Below, piece by piece: positions 49,636 to 62,650 of a stretch of DNA of 64,000 nt; position 1 is the first letter of the stretch; the number at the start of each line of letters is the position of its first letter. Origin of the DNA: Mobula hypostoma. Taxonomy: Eukaryota. The notes beneath the pieces were generated by a model, which saw nothing but the letters and a program-made list of their open reading frames with translations, ran no database searches and was not told the DNA's origin. The translations under genes and the position numbers were made by a program. The stretch is from positions 134,914,001 through 134,978,000 of the forward strand of contig NC_086097.1 in assembly GCF_963921235.1 (NCBI RefSeq). Direction: 5' to 3'.

Positions 49636-51643
49636 TCTCGGAATGTAAGTAATGTTTTGTGTCTGAGAGCTGATCTAAATACAAGTTTCAAAGCAAGGCT
49701 GTCTACTTATTAACAAATCTGGAAACATTAATTCAGGGAAGTTTTACTGAACCCACCACAGAAAGGCCTTTACATTCTTCTGCTGCGTTTGTACCTTTGA
49801 GCACCACTGTCAGACAACATCAAACCAGCAAAGAAGGTGTAAAGAGAAAAATTCAATGCTATTAACCCTGGAAGGGACTCTGGACATCATTAACCCTGGA
49901 AGTCAGGTAATTTAATAATCTTCAAGAAATGTGTAAGCACGTCAAAACTCGCTCCGTATGTCTTTCTTCAAGCTCGTAACCTTTTGATCTTTGCCAATTC
50001 GTTTGAAAATAACGTTGACTCACCGATGTTATTGGGGAATAGGATTCTTTTATGTAGGAGGTAAGATTCCTTGACTAATTGTTCCTTTCACATGAGGTGA
50101 TGTGTTTGTACCTTCATCCTTTCCAACGAACAAAGTATCCTTCTTTGTTCAAGTTCTGATTTCCCTAGGGAATTAGGGTGCCCCTTGTAGTGTTTTGGGA
50201 AGGAATAGGTTGCGGGGTAAGGAACAGGGTTGAAAATTGGGGTGGGACACGTTTGGGCAACTGTTATTGAAATGTGATAATGATTCCTTCACATTCTATG
50301 TCTCAGCAGTGCAATCTTGAGTATTTTCTCTTTGTTGCTGGCATTGAGGGGCTTTACTGGGACCCAGTGTCTACGTGGTGTTCGTAAGCTTGGAGAAGAA
50401 AAGATGAATGAGCCTACTATCAGGTCAATTTGACCTCGTGCCTGAAAGGCACTAATTTCTGAAGTGTCACTTAGTTACTGGGCAACAGATATAACTGACC
50501 TAAATGCCATTACCATTTGGGGTGCCTCTCAGTCAGATGTTCAAGTGAAGGTGTAGAGGGATATGGCCCAAACGTGGACAAACGGGACCAGTTATGATGG
50601 GCATCTTGGGTGGTATGGACCAGCTGAGTCAAAGGACCCGTTTCTATAACCAGGAAATCATTTCACCTCATTGGACAAACAGAAAAATAATTTAGCTCTG
50701 GAACTAGGAGATACGATAACCAACCCAGTCAAATTGTTCAAGTTGAATGAGGTACACTGGCTGATCAGAAACCAGAACTCAACACACCAAACCAGTTAAT
50801 TTCTTCCCATGGTTTTGAACACTTTTTCGTTCTTCTCTGGGACCAGTGACAACTAGAAGGTAAATCATTTCAATTCTGGGGATTGGATGCCCCTTGAAAC
50901 AATGAAATTTATTGCCCATCCCCAATTACCTCTGGGGTCATATTGGTTGATCTGGGGTCACATATTGGCCAGACAAGGTAAAGACAGCAGATACTCACCT
51001 CTGAAGTACATTAGTTTCCTTGATGATCCAGCAACTTCATGGTTGTCACTGCTGAAATGTACTTTGTTTTATTGGTTCAATTTAAATTTACCGACTGCTG
51101 TAATTGGGATTTAAACTCAATGGTGTCACCCCAGGCTGCTGGAGCAATAGCTGTTGTGCCCCAGTTTCCAGTGTAATAACTTTGCAAGAGAAGTGTATGT
51201 TTTTTTTGGGGGGGGTGAGTGTTTCATGCCTGAGTTTCCTTGACAACTGGAGGCTCTCCTGGCATTAACACATGCTACTAGCACTCACCATGTCTAGATT
51301 GGAGCAGAATATCTAACCTGGACACGTCTCACCACAGAGGTTAAAGCTACCCTTCAAGTAACCCTACATCCCTTCCTTTTCCAGCAAAGCCTTGTAAATG
51401 TTACTCCTTCAGTCATCTCCCATTTGAAAATCCACACAGAATCTGTTTTCATTCTCCTTTCAGGCAAAGTGTTCTAGATTACAACTTAGTGCATAGTGGT
51501 GACTTAGCACATCCCACAATTTTTTTTGTTAATTATGTTTTTTCTGCTAATTATCTTTCACAAATAGGCTATAAAATTCAAGACTTCAGCCAACTAAGCC
51601 AAACAGCATCAAATATTTGTAAAACAAGTGAAACTCTCCAGAG

Positions 51644-51722
51644 CAGGGGTTCCCAACCTTTTTGATGCCATGGACCCCTACCATTAACCAGGGGTCTGTG
51701 GATCCCAGGTTAGGAACCCCTG
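51644..51722. mobile_element. 79-bp hAT (Charlie-like) MITE
   Basis: TIRs CAGGGGTTCCCAACCT / AGGTTAGGAACCCCTG. Flanks CTCCAGAG / ATCGAGAA resemble a decayed 8-bp TSD. Confidence 0.75.
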
Positions 51723-51920
51723 ATCGAGAATGTTTTGCTATCCATAATCAACCCACATCCTTGAACTTTGTTGTTGGTGTGGATTCATTTAGAGAATGTT
51801 CACATTATTAATTCTTCCTGAAGCAAGCTGGAAACAAATGGATAAAGTACGCCATAAAATTTCTGCTGAAAAAGATCTGGGTTACCTTTCATGTCTCTTT
51901 TTTTTTTGTTGTTTTACAGC

Positions 51921-53276
51921 ATGAATGAACCTACAGTTCTTCACAGCTCATTTCAGTTCCAAGAAATGGACCTGTCTCACCAATTATTGAAACAGCTGAA
52001 TACACTACGTCATGAAGAGACCTTGACTGATGTAATACTCTGTGCTGGGGGGAAAGAACTGCCTTGCCATCGAAGTGTCCTGGCGTCCAGTAGTCCCTAC
52101 TTCTGGGCTATGTTTTGTCACAACTTCAGAGAGAGTTTCCTCAGGCGGATCCACCTGTTGGGGATCGATGGGGACATTCTGGCTCTGCTTGTGGATTATG
52201 TGTATACAGGGGAGATTACCATAAATGCGGCAAACGTTTTCTATTTGATGGAAGCGGCTGCCGTTTACCAATACCCCAACGTGCTTGAGGCTTGCTCGAC
52301 ATACTTGCAAAGTCAGTTAACCGCTGACAACTGCCTTGGCATGGTAAGGCTTGCACAAGTGTTCAACTGCAGGAGCCTGGAGAGACGGGCGAAGAAAATG
52401 GCTCTGGAGCACTTCCTGGAGGTGGCAACTACGGAGGAGCTGAAGGAGCTCTCCTGCACTGAGCTGGCGGGCTACCTCGGGGACGATGAACTCCGCGCCG
52501 AAGAAGAGCAGGTATTTGACACCCTGTCCGCCTGGATCAGTCACGACCCGAAGACCCGGCAGCACCATGCACATGAGCTCCTCGAGAAGGTGCGGCTCCA
52601 GTATGTCCACCCCACTTACCTCTTTCACTTCATCGCCAACAACCCCTTCATCCAAGGTTCACCCGTTTGCAGGGGCATCTTGGAGTCAGCCCTCAGGCTG
52701 CTATTTTCTTTGAGCCCTGCAAACAGCCCCAACAGTACACCTTTGATGCACTTACCACGTAGGTGTGCTTCCCAGGAGTTCCTTGTCACCATTGGAGGTA
52801 GGAAGAGCAACCAAGAGACCACGAGAGAGGTTTTCTTGTATAATTATATGGACCAGCAATGGCGCGCCCTCTCAAAGCTCCCTGTACATCTTTATAAAGC
52901 TTCTTGCGTTTGCTTACACAGGAACGTGTACGTCCTTGGAGGACTGATCATTAGTAACAAGAAGAGAACTGCGAGTGCAAGAGTTTATAGTTTCTCCTTT
53001 AAGATGAACCACTGGCGGACCGAGAAAGACATGCCTTTTCCCTGTTATTCCCATCAGACCCTCGCGCACGTGAATTATATTTTCTCTCTGGGAGGAATCG
53101 GGCCCAGTCAAGAGATACTGGACACACTGCACAGGTATGACAGCGTTTTCGGAATCTGGCAAAGAATGGCCCCGATGCCCGTTGCTGTGCTGCACCCAGC
53201 TACCGCTGCTGTCAATCAACGCCTCTACGTTTTTGGTGGGGAAGATGTGGGCCGGAATGCTGCTCGCCTGATACAG
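51921..53276 (+). CDS. KLHL38: Kelch-like protein 38, first coding exon (BTB, BACK and first Kelch repeats; 452 codons)
   Basis: ttttacAG|C|ATG start and donor CAG|GTatgt. Diagnostic KLHL38 strings LP..LYKAS...LHR..YVLGG and MPV.VLHPA.A...QRLY.FGGED...N..RLIQ. Follows ANXA13 as in human. Confidence 0.95.
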
Positions 53277-55402
53277 GTATGTCTGTCAGATCTGTTCTCC
53301 ATTGGTTGATTGTGTTCGGAGAAGGGGAGGTGACACAACACACATTTAACCATGTTTAAGTGTAAGGTACGTGGATAGGAAGGTTTTAGAGGAACTTGGG
53401 CCAAATCTGGGTGGATGGGACTAGCTTTGAAGGGATCTTGGTAGGGATGGACCAGGGGCCTGTTTCTGTGGTGTACGACCCTAAGTCTCTACAATAAGTT
53501 GGTGACGCCTTGTGCCATCTGACTATCCCATGGTGTTTAGCCTCCTCCACAAACTTGAGGACATCCAAAACTCTGCTCACTACTTGCCCTCATTCCCCAA
53601 CCCCCACCACCACCCCATGCCCTAATCATCCCACAAGACCATGCACACTGGCTCACACTAGCTCCTAGTTTAGGCCTCAGTTTAAAAATTCTTATCATTT
53701 TGACTTTTAAAAACCCTCCACCCCCTCTTACCACCCACCATGACCTCTGAGCTTTCTGCACTCTTCCAATTTTGCGGCTGATTATCCCCAGATTCAGTCA
53801 CCACTGGCAGCCATACCTTTACCTGTCGAAGTCCCTAGCTCTGGAACTCCCTCCCTGGACCTCCCCACCTTTCACTCCAGCCTGCTCTTTGCCAAGTTTT
53901 TGGTACCTGCTTTTAAGTTCCCCGGATGAGCTCAGTATTAAACTTTGCTAATGTTCGCGTAAATAGGCTGGGAAAAGTTTGGCCATTCTAAAAACACAAT
54001 AGTTGTTACTGTTATGCTTTTGATTTATTAGAAGTCATTAAACGCACAGAATTCTGGCAGCCCTAAATCCAGCTACTCAATAGCGCAGCTAATCAGACAG
54101 TACAAAGCAAAAACATCAAAAAGTTTTATGCAAGGTTAGCTCTTGTGAGGCTGAAATTGCTCTATTAATCTGATTTTTTTTGTGCTATAAGCAAGTTAGT
54201 GTTGCTGGATGACCACCAGCAAGGATTTAGGATGACTACGCCAGGATGATTTGGCCTGGATTGAATACAAGCTCTCAGAAGTGGCTAAAGTAGTGGAAAA
54301 CATTAATCGCCGTCTCTCTTAATGATTGTTACCTTTGAAGATTAATGTCTAACCAGGCTGTTAAACCAAGACGCAATCCATTAACTGAACATTAGCAGAT
54401 GGTGTCATCAAACCCAGGACACAAGACAGCAGAGTAAAATAATCAATAAATAATGTGATCGTAAATGATTGAGATCAAGCGTTCAAGGTGATAAATCCTG
54501 AGCAACGTTTCGTTCAGATATTGTGAATAGCCGACAGTTTTCTGAAAAAAAACGGTAAATAATTTATCTGCTGTGAATTAAGTGACTCAAACTGCAAATA
54601 ATTGAAAGGCAAACTCACCACAATATCCCCATAATACTGCTCACTGATCAAAGGATAACTGAAACTGTTACATCCATTCAGGTACATGATATAGCTCAAG
54701 TTGCAGACAGCCCTCCAGTATTTCTTGGACTTCCACTGTACACAGTGGCCACTCAGCCCACTGTGGACTTATCAATTAGACCCAATCTCCGTTAAGCCCT
54801 ACACATTCCCCATTTTATGGTATTTCATCCAATTTCCCCTTTGAAACTTCCAGTAAACCTGCTTCCTTCACCCTTTCAGGTAGCATATCCCACGTTCACT
54901 CACAACATCAACAATAATGCTTTTCCTCATGCCTTGGGAGTTTTCCTACTTACGTTGCCCTGGTTACTCATCTAGAAACCAGATCTTTATTTAACCTATC
55001 GAAACATTGCATAATATTGAACACCCCAATTAAATTTCACATTGGCCTTCTCTGTACAAACCTCAACCGCAGTTTCTGCACCTTATCGAAGTTCCTCATC
55101 CCTTGGATAAATCTCCATTACACTGCCTCAAGTTCCTAAAGTCATTGCCTAAATCTGGACACAGATATAATTCTGTAAGTTATACAGTAATTCAGCATGA
55201 AGAAAGTACCTTTGCCCCAACCCATCCATACTGACCAAGATGCCAATCTAAGCTAGACACATTTTCCCAACTTGGGTCCACATTCCTTACATCTTTCCTG
55301 TCCATGTTCTCGTCCAGATGTCTTTTAGATGTTGTTATTGTACAAGGTCAATCACTTCCTCTGTCACCCCCTTCCATATACATACCAGCCTCTGCATGAA
55401 GA

Positions 55403-55603
55403 GCAAACACGCCATTGTCTGCAGATGCTGGAAATCTGAGCAACACACACAAAGTGCTGGAGGAACTCAGTAGGCCAGGCAGCATCTACGGAAAAGAGTA
55501 AATGGTCAGCGTTTCAGTTCATCAGTCCTGATGAAGACCCTCGGCCCAAAATGTTGACAGCCTGACCTGATGAGCTCCTCCAGCATTTTGTGTGTGTTGC
55601 TCA
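55403..55603. mobile_element. Mini Penelope fold-back insertion in a CR1 remnant
   Basis: GAGCAACACACACAAAGTGCTGGAGGA pairs with TCCTCCAGCATTTTGTGTGTGTTGCTC. TSD GCATGAAGA at 55394-55402 and 55604-55612. Decayed CTGATGA core. Confidence 0.8.
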
Positions 55604-56759
55604 GCATGAAGAAGTTGCCTCTCAGGTCTTTTCCCCCCTCACCTTAAACCCATGTCCTTGAATTTCTGATTTCCTTTCCCTGAGGGGAATCTCAGGGTTC
55701 AGTCAATGATTTCGCCACACTGTAATATCCTCCTTATTTTTATTTATTCATTCAGGGGACCAGATGTTGCCAGCAACGCCAGCATTTGCTGTCCATCCCT
55801 AAGTAGTCCTCAGCAAGGAGACATCCATTTTGATCATCCATCTGGATGGGTCAGCAGCACAAGGAGCTGGTGGACAATAGTAAACCAATGGAGTTAAAAC
55901 AATCACGATCATTATTACTAATGCTAGCATTTTAACCAGATTTATTTAATGAATCATCACATTCTCCATCTGTCTATGAGTAACCACTGCAGCAGGAAAG
56001 AAATGGGCCACAGACAGAGGTAAATTATTCTTACATAGAACCAAAAGCACGAAATAAAACTAATTATCAAATTCCCCAGCAATCAAGCTCTTGCCTTTTG
56101 ACACACCGAATACCAACTAGATCAGTAACTTAAGCTCAGTGTTTTCAGCTCAGCTGTGTTGGTGTTAGTACTGCACCCCAAGATTCCTCTCACACTGACC
56201 TGTCCCACCCATCTCCTCATCTCTCCGTTCCTCAAACATTTCTCCAACTACCCCTTAAAAAAAAATCACCTCAACTCCTCCCGGAGAGAGTGAGCCCCAA
56301 ATTCTTATCACTCACTGGGTAAAAGTGTTTCTCTTCAATTCCCAACTGGATGTAATTGTGACTCTCGTATAGTCGTGACTCCATGTTTTTGGATTTCCCT
56401 GTTAGTGGAAGCATTGGCACAGAGGTCCTTGCTCGGCCATACGTGCCAAGTATGTGACAACCCCCCCCCCAACCCCCAACCTTTGGTGTTGACTGTGTGT
56501 GGAGACTGCAGATTGTGACTGTATGGGTTTCGTCCCACATCCCACAGACATGCAGGTAAATTATCCCTAGTGTTGATTGGTGGGGAGGAAAGTCAGGAGG
56601 AGGTTAATGGGCATGAGAGAGAATGAGCTGCAGAGTTACAGGGAAGTAAGAGGGGGAGTGGGATTGACAAAATTGTACTTTTAGGAGCCGGCGTAGAGGC
56701 AATTAACTAAATACCCTCACTCTGTGTCAGATTAACCCTGTGACAATCAAATAATCAAT

Positions 56760-58900
56760 AGGTTTCAATAGGTGCATTTAATGTCAGAGAAATGTATACA
56801 ATAGACATCCTGAAATTCTTTTTCTTCGCAAACATCCACGAAAACAGAGGAGTGCCCCAAAGAATGAATGACAGTTAAAATGTTAGAACCCCAAAGCCCC
56901 CCCAACTGCCCCTCCCAAGCACAATCAGCAGCAAAGCAATGGCCACCACCCCCACCACCACACCAGCAAAAAGCATCAGCACCCCACCGCCCCCCCCCGT
57001 GGATTGGAGGGTAGCTAATGTTATCCCACTTTTTAAGAAAGGGGGGGAGGGAGAAAACAGGCAATTATAGACCAGTTAGTCTGACATCAGTGGTGGGGAA
57101 GATGCTGGAGTCAATTATAAAAGATGTAATAGCGGCACATTTGGATAGTAGTAACAGGAATGGTCCCAGTCAGCATGGATTTACGAAGGGGAAATCATGC
57201 TTGACTAATCTTCTGGAATCTTTTGAGGATGTAACTGTGAAAATGGACATGAGAAAGCCAGTGGATGTAGTGTACCTGGACTTTCAGAAAGCCTTTGATA
57301 AGGTCCCACATAGCAGGTTAGTGGGCAAAATTGGAGCACATGGTATTGGGGGTAGGGTACTGACATGAATAGAAAATTGGTTGGCAGACAGGAAACAAAG
57401 AGTAGGGTTTAACGGGTCCCTTTCAGAATGGCAGGCAGTGACTAGTGGGGTACTGCAAGGCTCGGTGCTGGGACCGCAGCTATTTACAATATACATTAAT
57501 GATTTAAATGAAGGGATTAAAAGTAGCATTAGCAAATTTGCAGATGACACAAAGCTGGGTGGCAGTGGGAAATGTGAGGAGGATGTTATGAGAATGCAGG
57601 GTGAGTGGGCAGATGTATGGCAGATGCAGTTTAATGTGGGTAAATGTGAGGTTATCCACTTTGGTGGCAAGAACAGGAAGGCAGATTACTATCTGAATGG
57701 TGTCAAGTTAGGAAAAGGGGGAGTACAACGAGATCTAGGTGTCCTTGTTCATCAGTCACTGAAAGTAAGCATGCAGGTACAGCAGGCAGTGAAGAAAGCT
57801 AATGGCATGTTGGCCTTCATAACAAGGGGAGTTGAGTGTAGGAGCAAAGAGGTCCTTCTACAGTTGTACAGGGCCCTGGTGAGACCACGCCTGGAGTACT
57901 GTGTGCAGTTTTGGTCTCCAAATTTGAGAAAGGACATTCTTGCTATTGAGGGAGTGCAGCGTAGGTTCACGAGGTTAATTCCCAGGATGGCGGGACTGTC
58001 ATATGTTGAAAGATTGGAGCGACTGAGCTTGTATACACTAGAAGGATGAGAGGAGATCTGATTGAAACATATAAGATTATTAAGGGATTGGACACGCTAG
58101 AGGCAGGAAACATATTCTTGATGTTGGGGGAGTCCAGAACCAGAGGTCACAGTTTAAGAATAATGGGTAGACCATTTAGAACGGAGTTGAGGAAAAACAT
58201 TTTCACCCAGAGAGTTGTGGATCTCTGGAATGCTCTGCCTCAGAAGGCAGCGGAGGCCAATTCTCTGGATGCTTTCAAGAAAGAGTTAGATAAAGCTCTT
58301 AAAGATAGCGGAGTCAAGGGATAAGGGTGGAAGGCAGGAAAAGAGTACTGATTGTGGATGATCAGCCATGATCGCAGTGAATGGTGGTGCTGGCTCGAAG
58401 GGCCGAATGGCCTACTCCTGCACCTATTGTCTATCGAGCACTAAAGAGTGCAGCAGAGCATCAATAAAGACACAGACTTGCACTACCCCAAAGACTACTC
58501 ATTCACCTGGTAATTTGACATAACACAGGCTCGCTCTCTCCCTAAAAAGGGAAAAAGAGATGTCCCCATTTCACAGCGAGAGGGGAGACACAACAAAACA
58601 ACTTGCTGATTTATGGAGTTAAAAGTCTGTTGCATTGCTTTTTCCGAGCTCTGTACCCAAAGAGCTTGGGTCTCTGGGCACACAGCCAGCAGCCAGCTTG
58701 CTGCTTTCGATCTTCTGTGTACTCCCACGACACATCAGGCGGCGGCACCGGCCTTGAATCCGCCAAGAACTGAAGTCAGCATGTAACTCCAAGTCAGAGG
58801 CTTCAAAAGAACATTGAAAGGGAAAACAAGTGATATCAAAGATAGAAATAGGGCTGTTTCCGAAGATGCAGACAAAGGAGTCGCTCTTAGGTGCCATCAT
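56760..58900 (-). mobile_element. Non-coding interspersed repeat of unassigned family, split by a CR1
   Basis: 56765-56990 is similar to the reverse complement of 18100-18368. The element appears to resume at 58435 after the CR1. Confidence 0.5.
57001..58434 (+). mobile_element. 5'-truncated CR1 LINE, close relative of 13325-15060
   Basis: [33 protein letters not shown] and LEYCVQFWSP motifs. 3' UTR GGCTCGAAGGGCCGAATGGCCTACTCCTGCACCTATT. Confidence 0.95.
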
Positions 58901-59133
58901 CCTCCTAAGTTCCAATAACCAGCATCTGGGAGTACAGAAACCATCCACCACTACGACTTTCTTGTCTGAAAGTACAAACAAGGTTAATTACTTTGAGAGT
59001 ATAGAACCGCACTGCATAGGAACAGGCTCTTCCCCCACAACGTTGTGCCGAACTAAGTAAGCTGAGTTCTCGACCCAAAACGTCGACCGTTCATTCAGTT
59101 CATTCAGCTGCCCGACGTGCTGAGTTCCTCCAA

Positions 59134-59138
<5 letters not shown>

Positions 59139-59172
<34 letters not shown>
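59139..59172. repeat. (TG)n microsatellite expanded from a Penelope pLTR end
   Basis: TG run lying between CTGAGTTCCTCCAACATTT and TTGCTCTAGATTTCCAACATCTGCAGA. Confidence 0.85.
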
Positions 59173-59174
<2 letters not shown>

Positions 59175-59479
59175 GCTCTAGATTTCCAACATCTGCAGAG
59201 TTTCTTGCCTGATTAAACTAAACCGTTCCGGCTGCAATTGGTCCATATCCCTCCATCCTCTGCATATTCCTGTGCCTATCTAAAAGACTCTTCAACGTGA
59301 GCTATCACATCTGCCTCCACCACCAACACTCCCCCCCCCCCCCAGCAGTGCATTCCAGGCACTCCATATGAAAAAAATTGTCCTGCACATCTCTTTCCCT
59401 CTGTTGGACATTTTAGTCCAGGGAAAAAAGTACAGGCTGCCTGATCTATCTATGCCTCTCATGATCTTATAAACTTCTG

Positions 59480-61425
59480 AACCTCCCTGTACATGGACAA
59501 CATCACCGTCTTCTGCTCGGATCTAAGGTCAGTTTGCAGATTGATCAGCACCTGTGACCAGCTTGAGTCGGCATCAGCGGCCAGAGTTAACCGCACAAAG
59601 ATTGAGGCCCCGCTTTTCAGCAACTGGCCCGACTGATCCAGGGTCCCCTTCACTGTCAGGTCTGGTTACGTGCAGGTGCCGGGGGTCTGGTGCACGGGGG
59701 CCAAGGTGTGCGACAAAAATTGTGACTGGAGCAGACTGGGGCGGGGCGGGGGGGAACTCTTGTGTGCAACTGCATCAAACTGTGCTTGGAATCTAATGTG
59801 TGGGTGGCAAGTACCTATCTGCTCCTGGTGTTGTGAAGGATAGGTCTGGCCCCATTTCCATACAACGTCCCTTTTAGCTGGATGTTGCCGTACTACCTAT
59901 CCTTGATGGAAAAATTCTTCTGGCCCCACACCTTTGACCACAAGTCCATCAGGCAGTGGTCAGCACAGAACATCCTGCAGGCACGGCAGGAGAAGGACTT
60001 GATGGACACAGTGGGGTGCTTCCCTGAGCAAACTGTCCAGACCATCTCCAGAATGCCTCACTGCCAGGCCTCACCATCAGGCCTCACAGCCAGGCCTCAC
60101 CAGCAGCAAGCAAGCTCTTGCCTGGCTGGTGGTGAGATGGGCCTTCTCACTCAGATTCTTCCTGTATGGCAGAACATCACTCCCAGGGTGCCTGCCTGCA
60201 GGATGACTGTCGTGAGGAACAGAGAGTAATTCACTTCTTTGCAGGCTGTGGGTTTGCAAAAAAGATGTGCAGAAAGATGAAAGAGCCTGCATTCAACAAA
60301 CACAACATGCTGGAAGAACTCAGCAGGCCAGGCAGCATCTATGGAAAAGAGTACAGTCGATGTTTCAGGCCGAAACCCTTCAGCAGGACTGGAGAAAAAA
60401 AAGCTGAGGAGTAGATTTAAAAGGTGGTGGAGGGGAGAGAGAAACACCAGGTGATGGGTGAAACCTGGAGGGGGAGGGATGAAGTAAAGAGCTGGGAAGT
60501 AGATAGGGGGAGAGAGAAACACCAGGTGATGGGTGAAACCTGGAGGGGGAGGGATGAAGTAAAGAGCTGGGAAGTAGATAGGTGAAAGAGACAGAAGGCC
60601 ATGGAAGAAAGAAAAAGGGGGGAGGAGCACCAGAGGGAGGCGATGGGTGGGCAAGGAGATAAGGTGAGAGAGGGAAAGGTGGTTGGGAAATGATGAAGGG
60701 GGGCAGCATTATCGGAAGTTTGAGAAATCGATGTTCGTACAATCAGGTTGGAGGCTACCCAAATGGAACATAAGGTGTTGTCTCTCCAACTTTAGTGTGG
60801 CCTCATCATGACAATAGAGGAGGCCATGGATGGACATATTGGATTGGGAATGGGAAGTGGAATTAAAATGGGTGGCCACAGGGAGTACTGGGTGACACAG
60901 ATTAGCATCTGCAGATTTTCTCTTGTTTGTGGAAGAGGCTGTGTTGCAGTTCATCCCAAGCAGATACATGGCAGGGGACTCTCTGGCCTATGGGCTGCTT
61001 CCCAGGGACACACTCAAAGAGAAGATCAAATGCTGCTGACAGAGCATCATCTCGGTGAAAGACGCCCTTTGGTCTGCCTGCGCATGGAGATGTCCATGGG
61101 AAAGTGTTACTGACTGGTGCATTCCGATCTGCTGAGGGGCACACTGAAGCTTGGTGTAGCCACCACACAGACTTAGTGGGGAAGGAGCCCAGTGTAAGGG
61201 TTATTCGCCTGCTGGAGAGGGAGGGAGGGGCTGGGTTGAGGGAGGAAGCCCCTCTGTAATTATTGTAACAGTATACCACTGGTGGCGGCGCTATTGAGGT
61301 GTATGAATGTAATAGAACAGTCCAAAAAGCATTGAATAGGAATTTAAGGAATGAAAAGGCAGTTAACAGTTTATTCCTGTAAATAATTTTTATTATGAAT
61401 GAAGTTTATTTTGTTCAAAAAAAGG
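59480..61425 (+). mobile_element. Decayed L1/Tx1-clade LINE inside a CR1, itself interrupted by Penelope
   Basis: SLYMDNITVFCSD (RT Y.DD region), zinc-knuckle remnant near 60190-60260, A-rich 3' end. TSD ATAAACTTCTG (59469-59479) / ATAAACCTCTG (61426-61436). Confidence 0.7.
60294..60928 (-). mobile_element. Penelope 3' fragment (GIY-YIG C-terminus and pLTR) with a 75-bp tandem duplication at 60432-60582
   Basis: PVATHFNSTSHS...LERQHLMFHLGSLQPD..NIDFSNFR. Decayed hammerhead motif near 60355-60390. Confidence 0.85.
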
Positions 61426-61604
61426 ATAAACCTCTGTCAGGTCTCCCCTCAGCTTCTGCTGCTCCAGAGAAAACAACACTACTTTGTCTGATCCCTCCAT
61501 GCTCTCTAATCCAGGCAGTGTCCTGGTAAACCTCTTCTGGACCCCCTCCAAGCTCTCCAAATCCTTCCTGTGGTGGGCAACCAGAACTCAATACAATATT
61601 CCAG

Positions 61605-62110
61605 ATCTATTTGGAGAATTATGAGCAGTTCTCAGAAAAGATATGCTGGCATTGAAGAGAGTCTACAGGAGGTTCAGGAGGATGATTCCTGGAATGAAAG
61701 GGTTAACATATGAGGAGCATTTGATGACTTTAGGCCTATAGTCACTGGAGTTTAGAAGAATGGGGGGGTGGGGGAATCTCATTGAAACCTATTGAATATT
61801 GAAAGGCCTAAATAGAGTGAATATTGAGAGGATGTTTCCTATAGTACGACAGTCTAGCACCAAAGGGGACAGCCTTGGAATAGGACCTCCCTCTACAACA
61901 GAGATGAGGAGGAATTTTCTTAGCTAGAGGGTGGTGAATCTGTGGAATTCATTGCCATGGATGTCTTTGGAGGCCAACTCATTGGGCATATTTAAAGCAG
62001 AGATTCATTGGTTCTTGATTAGTAAGGGCATCAAAGGTTATGGGGTGAAGGCAGGAGAATGTGATTGAGAAGGATGGCCTAATTCTGCTCCTTTGTCTTA
62101 TGGTGCTATG
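61605..62110 (+). mobile_element. CR1 3' fragment
   Basis: RRFRRMIPGMKGLTYEE and RNFLS.RVVNLWNSLP remnants. Confidence 0.75.
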
Positions 62111-62650
62111 GCTTAATGTATCCTAACCGGAGTTTTATAAAGTTGCAACATATCACAGTCTCTCAAACAATCTTTTCAAAACCCTGTAAAGTTCTCTGAA
62201 CATCCCTGCTCAGATTTCTCTTTTCTACACTGGTCCTCCAACAAAGTTCTGTTCCTGAGAACTGATTGGAACCTAAACCGTTTGCAAGTCAGAAATATAT
62301 TTGCCAGGCGATATATTCAAGTAAAAATATGGGGCACCAAGGTCAATGTGCAGTTAAACAAGGACATGTAATTCAACTATTCAAATTTCTCTGCAAGGTG
62401 CAATGATGTAGCCGTGGATGAAGTTGCCTGCAGTCTTACAGGAGCCAGCAAATCCATCCCACCAGAATCCCAAATGGTCATCTGTGTGTACATAAGATGG
62501 AGAAGACATGTAGTCAATATTTTCAGATTCTTCACCCTGCTCAGAATGCAGCCAGATTCACTTTATGTGACAGTGGGGTTAAACCTGCAGCAAGATTTGG
62601 GCAGAGAGCCTAACTGTAACATTTGTTTTCAATTCTGTAATACAATTCAG

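Noticed and set aside
51891..51920. N-terminal MSLFFLLFYS of the 472-aa ORF
   Set aside because: This is the polypyrimidine tract and AG acceptor. The homologous start is the ATG at 51921. The ORF tail after 53276 is also intron.
52005..53219. Antisense and alternate-frame ORFs over KLHL38
   Set aside because: These are shadow ORFs of a GC-richer coding exon with no recognisable motifs.
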